A stretch of DNA of 64,000 nt from Longimicrobiales bacterium (GTDB lineage Bacteria; Gemmatimonadota; Gemmatimonadetes; Longimicrobiales; Gaopeijiaceae), in NCBI GenBank assembly GCA_965203485.1, contig OZ241892.1:736001-800000 (forward strand), read 5' to 3'. How positions within the stretch are numbered: position 1 is the stretch's first letter; each line of letters opens with the position of its first letter. Under the pieces are notes generated by a model. The model ran no database searches and was not told the origin of the DNA. It was given only the letters and a program-made list of their open reading frames with translations. Of this stretch, positions 1-12,000 are shown in pieces. A program made the translations under genes and the position numbers.

Positions 1-2
1 CG

Positions 3-3000
3 GTGACGGCGATTCCGCACCAGCAGAACCCTTGGGCGGTATGGTTTCGGTACACGGTGACGGAGGCCGACTTGGACGAGAACGGGATAAGCTTGCCGGA
101 GAACGCGTTGACGAACATCGGCAGCGTCAGGCTCGAGGGCACGTTGGTCGAGGCGGACAACGATCTTTCGGCCGTGACATTGACGGATACGGCGACTCAC
201 AAGGTGAACGGCGCGAAGGCGGTGCCTCACGTGACGAACACGACGATTGAGAGCGATGCGGGGAACGACAGCACGTACGCGCGCGGCGACGTGATCGAGA
301 TCGGCATCTGGTTCAACGAGGACGTGGACGTGACGGGCTCGCCGCGCCTGGCGATGGCGGTCGGGACGGAGACGCGGCAAGCGGTCTATTTTGCGGGGAC
401 GGGCGGCAGTTCGCTGGTGTTCCGGTACGAGGTTGGGCCTGGGGATGTGGACACGAACGGGATCAGCATCGGGTCGGAGGCGTTGACGTTGAACGGCGGG
501 ACGATCCGGCGGGCGGGGTCGGCGACGGTGAACGCGTACCTGGGCTTGCGGGTCCACAGGGTCGCCGACGCCGACACGCACAAGGTGGACGGTACGGCGG
601 GGCCGCCTGCCGTGACGAAGGTGCTGGTCACGAGCGATGCGGGTACGGACAGCACGTATGCGGCGAACGACACGGTACAAGTAGCGGTGGTGTTCAACGA
701 GAGCGTGGACGTGACGGGCACGCCGCGAGTGGCGCTGGGGATTGGTTTGCAGACGCGGCAGGCGAGCTACGCGGGCGGTACGGGGACGGATTCGCTGACG
801 TTCCGGTACGTGGTGGCGAGCGGCGACGCGGACGCGGACGGGTTGAGCATCGGGGCGAGCGCTTTGGCTTTGAACGGGGGCACGATCAAGCGGGCGGGCG
901 CGGCGGTGGACGCGACGCTGTCGACGGCGAACTTCGTTGTTGTGAACGCGGCGGCGCACAAGGTACTGGGCTCGGGCGCGACTATCGTGACGGGCACGTC
1001 GTTCGCGAGCGACGCGGGGACGGACAGCATCTACGTGGAGGGGGACACGGTCGCGGTGGAAGTCGTGTTCAACCAAGCGGTGGACGTGACGGGGACGCCG
1101 CAGCTGGCGCTGGTTCTGTCGGCGGTGCGGCAGGCGAGCTACGTGTCTGGGACGGGCACGACAACGCTGACGTTCAAGTACGTCGTGGCGGCGGGGGACT
1201 CTGACACGAACGGGATCAGCTACGGGCGGAATGCGCTGACGCTGAACGGCGGTACGATCAGAAGGGCGGGCACGGCGGTGGACGTGTACTTGAGCTTGTG
1301 GACTCACGTCGCGACGGACGACAGAGCTCATCGCGTGTGGGAGATACCGAAGGTATCGAGCGTTTCGATTCCCAGCAGCGCGGGCGCCGACCAGACGTGG
1401 GCGAGCGGCGACATCATCGACTTCTTCGTGGTGTTCGACCGGGCCATAGCGGCGTCGGTCACGGCGTCGTCGGGCATACATCTGACGATTGGGGAGGACG
1501 TCCGCTCGGGTTACATACACAACGTGAACACTGGCACGAGAACCTTGCACTGGCGGTACGTTCCGGTGCAGGCCGACTTGGACGCGGACGGGCTGAGCGT
1601 CGACAGCGTCACGTTTGGCGGGAGCGACTACGTCAGGACGGCTGGGGCGCCGGCGGGCGCGGCGAACGCCAACTTGGACTTCACGCCGATCGCGAACGCT
1701 TCGGCGCACAAGGTGAACGGCGCACAGGCGGTGCCTCACGTGACGGGCACGGTGGTAGCGAGCGACGCGGGGAACGACAGCACGTATGCTGAGGGCGACA
1801 CGATCGAGGTCGGGCTGGTGTTCAGCGAGAACGTGGACGTGACGGGGGCGCCGCGTCTGGCATTGGGGATTGGGACGGCGACGCGGCAGGCGAGGTACGT
1901 TGCGGGGACGGGCGGCGATTCGCTGGTGTTCCGGTACGTTGTGGGGGCTGGGGACGAGGACGCGGACGGATTGAGCGTGGGCGCGGGCGCGTTGGCGCTG
2001 GGCGCGGGCGGGACGATTCGGCGGGCGGGGTCGGCGACGGTGAACGCGTACTTGGGTTTGCGGGTTCACACGATCGCGAACGCTTCGGCGCACAAGGTGG
2101 CGCTCACGCCGCCGTCGGTGTCGGGCGTGTTCTTCGTGACGCCGGCGAACACGGGGTTGGCGTACGCGAGCACGGACAGCGTGTTCGGTCTTGCGGACGA
2201 GATACGCGCGGCGGTCAGCTTCGGCGTGGCGGTGACGGCGGCGGGCACGCCACAGCTGGCGTTGGGGATTGGCACGCAGACGCGGAGCGCTGTGCTGTGC
2301 GATACGACAGGAGCCAACGTGTTGGTGTTCTGCTACACGGTGGTGGCTGCGGACAGCGATTCGGACGGGATCAGCGTCGGCGCGAACGCATTGACGTTGC
2401 CGGGCGGCGCGACGCTTCGAGCGACGGGGAGCACGACGGGCGCGAACTTGTCGTTGGCGCCGTGGAACTTCGCGAACTCGGCGTTGTTCCAGGTGGACGG
2501 TTCGAAGGAGGTGGCGCCTGGGGTGAGCGGTGTGGCGATTGCGAGCGACGCGGGTACGGATTCGACGTACCACCGGTTCGAGGCGATCCGAGTCGAGGTG
2601 GGGTTCGACCGTGCGGTGGACGTTGTGGGCACGCCGCAGCTGGCATTGGGGATCGGGGCGGCGACGCGGCAGGCGGGGTACGCGAGCGGGACGGGCACGA
2701 GCACGCTGACGTTCCAGTATTCTGTGGGGCCGTCGGACAGCGACGCGGACGGGGTGAGCATCGCAGCGAGCGCGTTGGCATTGAACGGCGGGACGATCGA
2801 GATAGCGGGCGGCTCGGCGGCGGCGGCGCTGGGATTGGGCAGCCATGCGATTGCGAACGCGGCGGCGCACAAGGTGGCGGGCGACCGGCCGGTGGTGACG
2901 GGGGTGTCGTTGGGGTCGCCGGTGACGGGCGACGTGTTCGAGCGGGGCGACACGATCGAGGCGAGGGTGAGTTTCGGGCGGTGGGTGACGGTGACGGGGA

Positions 3001-6000
3001 CGCCGCAGCTGGCGCTGACGATCGGGACGGCGACGCGGCAGGCGAGCTACGCGTCTGGCAGCGGGTCGGGGTCGCTGGCGTTCCGGTACGTGGTGGCGTC
3101 CGGGGACGCTGACGCGGACGGGTTGAGCGTGGGCGCGGGCGCATTGGGCTTGAACGGAGGCACGATTGCGGTGACGGGCGGCACGGCGAACGCATTGCTG
3201 GAGTTGCAGACGTGGCACGTGATCACGAACAGCGCCGGGCACAAGGTGGACGGCGGGACGTTGACGGCGGCGTCGGTGAGCGGTGTGTCGGTGGCGAGCG
3301 TTCCGTCGGGCGGCGACACGTACTTGCTGGGCGACACGATCGACGTGGCGGTGGCGTTCACGCGGCTGGTGGCGGTGACGGGGACGCCGCAGCTGGCGAT
3401 CGGGATCGGGAGTTCGACGCGGCAGGCGTCGTACGCGAGCGGGACGGGGACGGACACGCTGTTGTTCCGGTACGCTGTGGTGGCTGCGGACGCGGACACG
3501 AACGGGTTGAGCATCGCGGCGGGTGCGCTGGGGCTGAACGGCGGCACGATAGCGGACGCGCGCGACGTTTCGGTTGCTGCGGGTCTGGGTTTGGGATCGA
3601 GCGCGGTTTCGAACAGTACGGGCCACAAGGTGGACGGGAGCCGCGTGCGGCCGGCTCGCGTGCTGTCGGTGACGTTGAACACCGTTCCGCCGACGAGCCA
3701 ATGGAATCAGTTCGTGGCGGGCGACTGGATGCAGGTGACGGTCGAGTTCAGCGCGGCGGTGGACGTTGTGGGCACGCCGCAGGTGGCGATCGTGATCGGG
3801 ACGGCGACTAGGCAGGCGGCGTACGCGAGCGGGACGGGGACGGCGACGCTGGTTTTTCGTTATCAGATGCACGGCTACGACCCGAGGGACGACGACGGGA
3901 TCGGCGTGGCGCGCGATGCTCTGGCTCTGAACGGCGGCACGATCCGGCGTGCGGGGAGCAGCGATGCGGCGTTGCTGGACTTTGGGCGCGCCTACACGGG
4001 CACGGCGACGAATCCGGCGCACAGGGCGGGCGTGAGCGGGATTGCGGTGAGCAGTCCGGGTTCGGGTGGCACGTACGGTGTGGGCGAGACGATCGAGGTG
4101 ACGGTGTCGTTGAGCCACACGGCCGTCCTGGTCAGCGGCGCGGGGCCGCAGTTGGCGCTGGGGATCGGGACGCAGACGCGGCAGGCGTCGATGGTGCTCG
4201 GGGGCGGCAACACCTACAACCCGCTGAGGTTCCGTTACGTGGTACAGGCGGCGGACGCTGACGCGGACGGGATCAGCATCGCGGCGAACGCGATCACGGG
4301 CGGCAACGTGCAGTCGCAGCATTCGGTGCGGCCGCCGTTTTGGGGGTTGGGGCGGTTGGCGATTGCGAACGACGGGATGCGCAAGGTGGACGGGAGCCTT
4401 GGTGCGGTGGTGAGCGGTCTGTCGATCGGGTCGCCGCCGTCGGGCGACACGTTCGAGCGAGGCGACGCGATCGAGGTGGCGGTGGCGTTCAACCGGGCGG
4501 TGGACGTTGCGGGGACGCCGCAGCTGGCGCTGGCGGTCGACACGCTGACCAGGCAGGCGTCGTACGCGAGCGGGACGGGGACGGACACGCTGGTGTTCCG
4601 GTACGTGGTGGTGGCTGCGGACGCGGACACGCTGGGGATCAGCATAGCGGCGAACGCTTTGAGCTTGAACGGCGGGACGATACGGCAGGCGGGCGGGACG
4701 ACGAACGCGGTGCTGGGGTTGGGCGGCCACGCGGTGACGAACAGCTCGGGCCACAAGGTGGACGGCGGGACGCTGACGGCGGCGTCGGTGAGCGGGGTGG
4801 CGATCACGAGCGCGCCGTCGAGCGACAGCACGTACGGACGCACGGAGCGGATCGAGGTGGCCGTCGAGTTCGTGCGCGCGGTGACGGTGACGGGGACGCC
4901 GCAGCTGGCGCTGGGGATCGGGACGGCGACGCGGCAGGCGGCGTACGCGAGCGGGAGCGGGACGCGGACGCTCGTGTTCCGGTACGTGGTGGTGGCTGCG
5001 GACGCGGACTCGACGGGGATCAGCATCGGAGCGAGCGCGCTGGCGTTGAACGGCGGCGCGATCAACGACGCGCGCGACGGCACGGCGGCGGCGAGCCTGG
5101 GTTTGGGCAGCCATGCGGTCGCGAACGATCGTTCGCACAAGGTGGACGGGAGCCTGGGCCCGCCGGGGGTGACGGGGTTGTCGATCGGTTCGCCTGCGGT
5201 GGACACGACGTTCGAGCGCGGCGAGACGATCGAGGTGTCGGTGGTGTTCAGCCGGCCGGTGGACGTGGGGGGGACGCCGCAACTGGCGCTGGGCATCGGG
5301 AGCGCGACCAGGCAGGCGGACTACGCGAGCGGGACGGGGACGGACACGCTGGTGTTCCGGTACGTGGTGGTGGCGGCCGACGCGGACGCGGACGGGATCA
5401 GCATAGCGGCGGGCGCGTTGACGTTGAACGGCGGCACGATCCGGCTGGCCGGCGGGACGCTGGACGCGATGCGGGACTTGGGGGCGAACGCGGTAGTGAA
5501 CAGCGCGGGCCACACGGTTGCGGGCGGGACGTTCACGACGCCTTCGGTGAGCGCGGTGACGGTGTCGAGCGCGCCAGCGAGCGCGAGCACGTACGAGCTG
5601 GGCGAGTCTATCGAGGTGAAGGTGGCGTTCAGCCGTCCGGTGGCGGTGACGGGGACGCCGCGACTGGCTTTGGGGATCGGGACGGCGACGCGCCAGGCGG
5701 ACTACGATTCGGCGTCGAGCAGTGCGGACACGCTGGTGTTCGGGTACGCGGTCCGGCCTGCGGACGTGGACGCCGACGGGCTCAGCATCGCGGCGGGCGC
5801 GCTGGCGTTGAACGGCGGGACGATCAACGACGCGCGTCCGGGCGCGACGGCTGCGAGCCTGGATTTGGGGTCGAACGCGATCACGAACGCTGCGTCGCAC
5901 AAGGTGAACGGCGGGCTGGGCCCGCCCGGGGTGACGGGGTTGGCGGTGGCGCCGCCGCCGGCGGGCGCGGTGTTCGAGCGCGGCGACACGATTGTTGCGA

Positions 6001-9000
6001 CGGTGCGGTTCAACAAGGCGGTGGACGTGACGGGCACGCCGCAGCTGGCGCTGGGGATCGGCACGCAGACGCGGCAGGCGGCGTACGCATCGGGCACGGG
6101 CACGGCGGCGCTGGTGTTCCGGTACGTGGTGGCGACGGCGGACGTGGACTTGGACGGGTTGAGCGTTGGCGCGAGCGCACTGGCTCTGAACGGCGGCACG
6201 ATCGACGTGTCGGGCGGGACGACGGACGCGTTGCTGAGCCTGGAGCGCCATGCGTTCGAGAACTTCCTGGTGGTGAACGGCGGGCTGTTCACGGCGTCGT
6301 CGGCGAGCGGCGTGTCGATATCGAGCAGTCCAGCGAGCGACAGCACGTACGGTCGCACGGAGCGGATCGAGGTCGAGGTGACGTTCGACCGCGCGGTGGC
6401 AGTGACGGGCACGCCGCAGCTGGCGTTGACGATCGGCGACTCGACGCGCCAGGCGAGCTACGCGAGCGGCACGGGCACGAAGACGCTGGCGTTCGGCTAC
6501 GTGGTGGTGGCTGCGGACGCGGACGCGAACGGTTTGAGCGTCGGGCCGGCCGCGCTGGCGTTGAACGGCGGTGCGATCGACGACGCGCGCGACGCGAGCG
6601 AGGCTGCGGGCCTGGGCCTGGGGAGCCATGCGATATCGAACGCTGCGGCGCACAAGGTGAACGGGAGCCTGGGGCCGCCCGGCGTGACGGGCGTGACGCT
6701 CGGCTCGCCGCCGGTGGGCACGACGTTCGAGCGGGGCGACACGATCGTGGCGGCGCTGGCGTTCAACCGGGCGGTGGACGTGACGGGCGCGCCGCAGCTG
6801 GCGCTGGGGATCGGGAGCGCGACGAAGCAGGCGGTCTACGCGAGCGGGAGCGGCACGTCGTCGCTCGAGTTCCGGTACGTGGTGGTGACGGCGGACGTGG
6901 ACGCCGACGGGTTGAGCGTCGCGACGACGGCGCTGGGATTGAACGGCGGTACGGTTCGGCTGGCCGGCGGGACGCTGGACGCGACGCTGGGGTTGGGCAC
7001 GCACGCGATATCGAACAGCGCGGGCCACAAGGTTGCGGGCGGGACGTTCACGGCGTCGGGCGTGACGGGCGTGGCGGTCGCGAGCAGTCCTGCGAGCGGC
7101 GCGACGTACGGACTGGGCGAGCGGATCGAGGTTCGGGTGACGTTTGCGCGCGCTGTGGCGGTGACGGGCACGCCGCAGCTGGCGCTGGGGATCGGCGCTG
7201 CGACGCGGCAGGCGGACTACGCGGGCGGAACGGGCACGCCGCAGCTGGCGTTCGGCTACGTGGTCGTCGCGGGCGACGCCGACTCCGACGGGCTCAGCAT
7301 CGGCGCGAGCGCTTTGGCGCTGAACGGCGGGACGATCGCGGACGGACGCGACGGTTCGACGGCGGCGGCGCTGGGCCTGGGGTCGAGCGCGGTCGCGGAC
7401 GCTGCGGGCCACCGCGTGGACGCGACGCGCGGCCCGCCGGGGGTGATGGGCGTGACGATCGGGTCGCCGCAGGTGGGCGACACGTTCGAGCGCGGCGACA
7501 CGGTCGAGGTCGAGGTCGAGTTCAACAAGCCGGTGGCGGTGACGGGCGCGCCGCAGCTGGCGCTGGGCATCGGCGCGGCGACGAAGCAGGCGGGCTACGC
7601 GGGCGGGAGCGGGACGGCTGCGCTGGCGTTCCGGTACGTGGTCGTGTCCGCCGACGCGGACGCCGACGGGCTCAGCGTCGCGGCGGGCGCTTTGGCGCTG
7701 AACGGCGGGACGATCAAGGTGTCGGGCGGCACGGCCGACGCTTTGCTGGGCCTGGGCGCGCACGCGGTGGCGAACAGCGGGGGCCACAAGGTGGCGGGCG
7801 GGACGTTCACGGCGTCGTCGCCGAGCGCGGCGTCGGTGACGAGCGCGCCGGCGAGCGGCGACACGTACGGGTTGGGCGAGCGCATCGAGGTACGGGTGAC
7901 GTTCGCGCGCCCGGTCGTCGTGACGGGCGCGCCGCAGCTGGCGCTGGGCATCGGCGCGGCGACGAAGCAGGCGGGCTACGCTGGCGGCAGCGGGACGCGC
8001 GCGCTGGTGTTCGGCTACGTGGTCGCATCCGCGGACGCGGACGCCGACGGGATCAGCGTGGGCGCGAGCGCGCTGTCGTTGAACGGCGGCGCGATAGCCG
8101 ACGCGCGCGACGGGTCGACGGCGGCCGGCCTGGGCCTGGGCTCGAGCGCGATTGCGAACGCTGGCGCGCACAAGGTGGACGGCAGCGTCGAGGGCGCGCC
8201 GGCGGTTGCGGGCGCTCGGCTGGCGAGCGCGCCGTCGGGCGGCGGGTCGTACGGACTGGGCGAGGAGATACGGGTGGCGGTGCGCTTCGACCGCGCGGTG
8301 GCGGTGACGGGCACGCCCGAGCTGGCGCTCGGCATCGGCGCTGCGACGCGGCAGGCGGGCTACGCGAGCGGGAGCGGCACGTCCGAGCTCGAGTTCGCGT
8401 ACGTGGTTCAGGCGGCGGACGCCGACAGGGACGGGATCAGCGTTGGCGCGGGCGCGCTGTCGCTGAGCGGCGGGACGCTGGTGGTCGCGGGCGGCACGGC
8501 GGCGGCGGTTCTGTCGCTGGGCAGCCACGCGATAGTGAACGCGAGCGGCCACGCCGTCGCCGGCACGCTCGAGGCGGCGCCGGTAGTGACGGGCGCGCGG
8601 CTGGTATCGTCGCCTGCGAACGGGAGCGCGTACGGGTTGAGCGAGCGGATCGCCGTCGCGCTGGCGTTCAGCCGTCCGGTCGACGTTGCGGGCGCGCCGC
8701 AGCTGGCGCTGGGCATCGGGAGCGCGACGCGGCAGGCGGGCTACGCGAGCGGGAGCGGCACGGCCGAGCTGGTGTTCGGCTACGTCGTCGCGGGCGGCGA
8801 CGCCGACGCCGACGGCGTGAGCGTCGCGGCGGGCGCGCTGGCCTTGAACGGCGGGACGATCGTGATCGCGGGCGGGCGCGTGGCGGCGGTGCTGTCGCTG
8901 GGCACGCACGCGCTGTCGAACGTCGCGGGCCACCTGGTGGACGGGAGCGCCGAGACGGCGCCTGCCGTGGCGGGCGTGACGCTGGCGAGCGCGCCGATCG

Positions 9001-12000
9001 GCGGCGGGCGCTACGAGCTGGGCGAGGAGATCCGCGTGCACGTGCGCTTCGACCGCGCCGTCGCCGTGACGGGCTCGCCGCAGCTGGCGCTGACGATCGG
9101 CGCGCAGACGCGCACGGCGCGCTTCGTGCGCGTCGTCGGCTACGGCGCCGCCGCGCGCGCGGGCTGGGCCGGCGTCGCGGCGGGCTATGCAGGCGCGCGC
9201 TGGGCCGGCGGGTCGGCGGGCGGCGCAGGCGGTTCCGCCGGCGCGTTGGGCGCGACGCAGGGCGCGGCGCTCGAGTTCGCGTACGCCGTTCAGGCGGCGG
9301 ACGCCGACGCGGACGGATTGAGCGTGGGCGCGGGCGCGCTGTCGCTGAACGGCGGCGCGATCACGCTGCTGGGCGGCACGGCGGCGGCTGGACTGTCGCT
9401 GGGCGGCCACGCGCTGACGAACGTCGGCGGCCACTTGGTGGACGGCAGCGTCGTGTCGCCGCCTGCGGTCGCGGGCGTCGAAGCGAGCCGTCCGCAGTCG
9501 GGCGGCCGGTGGCGCGCCGGCCAGACGATCGAGATCGCCGTCGTGTTCGACCGGCCGGTGAGCGTGACGGGCGGCCCGCGTCTGGCGCTGGCGATGGGCA
9601 CGCGCACGGTTCACGCCGCGCTGGCGTCGGCGAGCGGGCGGCGCGTCGAGTTCGCGTACGAGGTGCGTCCTCACGACCGCGCGCCGAACGGGATCGCGCT
9701 GGCCGCCGGCGCGCTGGACGCGAGCGGCGCCGCGATCGTGTCGGCCGCCGACGGTTCGACGCCGGCCGCGCTGTCGCTGGGCAGCCATGCGTTCGCAAGC
9801 GATCCGACGCGCAGGGTCGAGGGCGGCGGCGGCGAGCCGGAGCCGGGGCGGCCGCCGAAGTTCGGGGCCGAGTCGTACGCGTTCGAGCTGGCCGAGAACG
9901 TGGCGGGCGCCGTCGTCGTGGGCGCCGTGAGCGCCGTGGACCCGGACGAGGGCGACGAGGTGTACTACCGGCTGCGCGAGGGCGGCGGCGGCCTGTTCGA
10001 GGTGGACGAGACGAGCGGCGAGGTCAGCTACGTCGGCGCGGGCGAAGACTACGAAGCCGGCCCGCGCGAGCACGCGCTCGTCGTGTCGGCCGCCGACGTC
10101 GGCGGCCTCGCGTCGACCGTCCGCGTGACGGTGAAGGTGACGAACGCGAACGAGGCGCCGGCGTTCGAGCGGGCGAGCTGGACGTTCGAGCTGGCCGAGA
10201 ACGCGGCCGGACCGATAGTGCTGGGCACGGTCAGCGCGACCGACCCGGACGAGGGCGAGGCGCTGTCGTACAGCCTCGTCTCGGGCGGCGGCGGCCTGTT
10301 CGAGCTGGACGCTGCGAGCGGCGCCGTGCGCTACGTCGGCGCCGGCGAAGACTACGAGACGGGCCCGCGCGAGCACGCGCTGGCCGTCGCCGTCGCCGAC
10401 GCGGGCGGGCTGCGAGCGGCGGCCGGCGTCGTGATAGCCGTCGCCGACGCCGACGAGGCGCCCGTGTTCGAGCGGGCGAGCTGGACGTTCGAGCTGGCCG
10501 AGAACGCGGCCGGGCCCATAGTGCTGGGCACGGTGTCGGCGACCGACCCGGACGAGGGCGAGGCGCTGTCGTACGGCCTGGTCTCGGGCGGCGGCGGCCT
10601 GTTCGAGCTGGACGCTGCGACCGGCGAGGTCAGCTACGTGGGCGCCGGCGAGGACTACGAGACGGGCCCGCGCGAGCACGCGCTCGTCGTCGCCGCGACG
10701 GGCGCCGACGGCCTCGCCGCGCAGGCGGCCGTCGTCGTGACGGTCGCCGACGTGAACGAGGCGCCCGTGTTCGAGCAGGCGAGCTGGACGTTCGAGCTGG
10801 CCGAGAACGCTGCCGGCCCGCTCGCCGTCGGCGCCGTCGCCGCCGCCGACGAGGACGAGGGCGACGTGCTGTCGTACAGCCTCGTCTCGGGCGGCGGCGG
10901 CCTGTTCGAGCTGGACGCTGCGAGCGGCGCCGTGCGCTACGTCGGCGCCGGCGAGGACTACGAGACGGGCCCGCGCGAGCACGCGCTCGTCGTCGCCGCG
11001 ACGGACAGGGGCGGCCTGGCGGCGACGGCGAACGCGACCGTCGTCGTGACCGACGTCAACGAGGCGCCCGAAGCGACCGCGCAGATCGCCGTCGCGGCGC
11101 TCGACGCGCACGGCGCGGCCGTGCAGGAGACGCTGGACGCGTACTTCCGGGACCCGGACGGCGACGCGCTCGCGTACGCCGCCGAGTCGTCGGACACGGC
11201 GGTGGCGGCGGCGAGCGTGGCGGGCGGCGTGCTGACCATCCGGCCGTTCGCGATCGGCACGGCGAGCGTGACCGTGACGGCGACCGATCCCGGCGGGCTG
11301 GCCGCCGAGCAGACCGTCGCCGTCGTCGTCGAGGCGTCGCGCTCCGAGCGAGCGCGCGTGCTCGAGGGCGCGCTGGCCGCGTTCGGGCGCTCGCTCGGCG
11401 CCGAGGCCGTCGACGTGATCGGCGGCAGGCTCGGGATCGAGTCGGCCGGCGGACTCGGACGCTCGCACCTCCAGCTCGGAGGACGCTCCATCGCCTGCGA
11501 CGGCGGCGCGACAGGCGGCGGCGCGTGCGGCTGGCGGGCGCTCGCGCGCTCGGCGTCCGGCCTGCTCGGCGTCCAAGTCGCGTTGCCGACCACCGGCGGT
11601 CCGCGCGGCGCGCAGTCCGCCGGCGCGCTCGACCCGGCCGCGCTGCTCTTCGGCGGCCCGGGCGTTGCAACCGGTGGCGCCGGCGGGCTTGGCGGACTCG
11701 GCATGGGCGGCGACTACCAGGGCCAGCAGGAGCCCGCGCCGCCCACGCCGGGCGGCGTGACGCTCAACCCGCTGTCGGGCGGCGACCTGCTCGAGCGCAG
11801 CTCGTTCCAGCTCTCGCTCGGCGGCGGCGCGGCCAGCGACTCGGGCGCGTTCGGCGCGCAGGACGCCGCCGGCCTGCGTCCCGGCTGGACCGTCTGGGGC
11901 CGCGCCGGCATGGGCGGCTACGAGGGCCGCCCGGCCGACGGCCTGCGCTTCGGCGGCGGGCGCGCTCGCTCGGCGCACCTCGGCGCCGACTACCGCTTCG

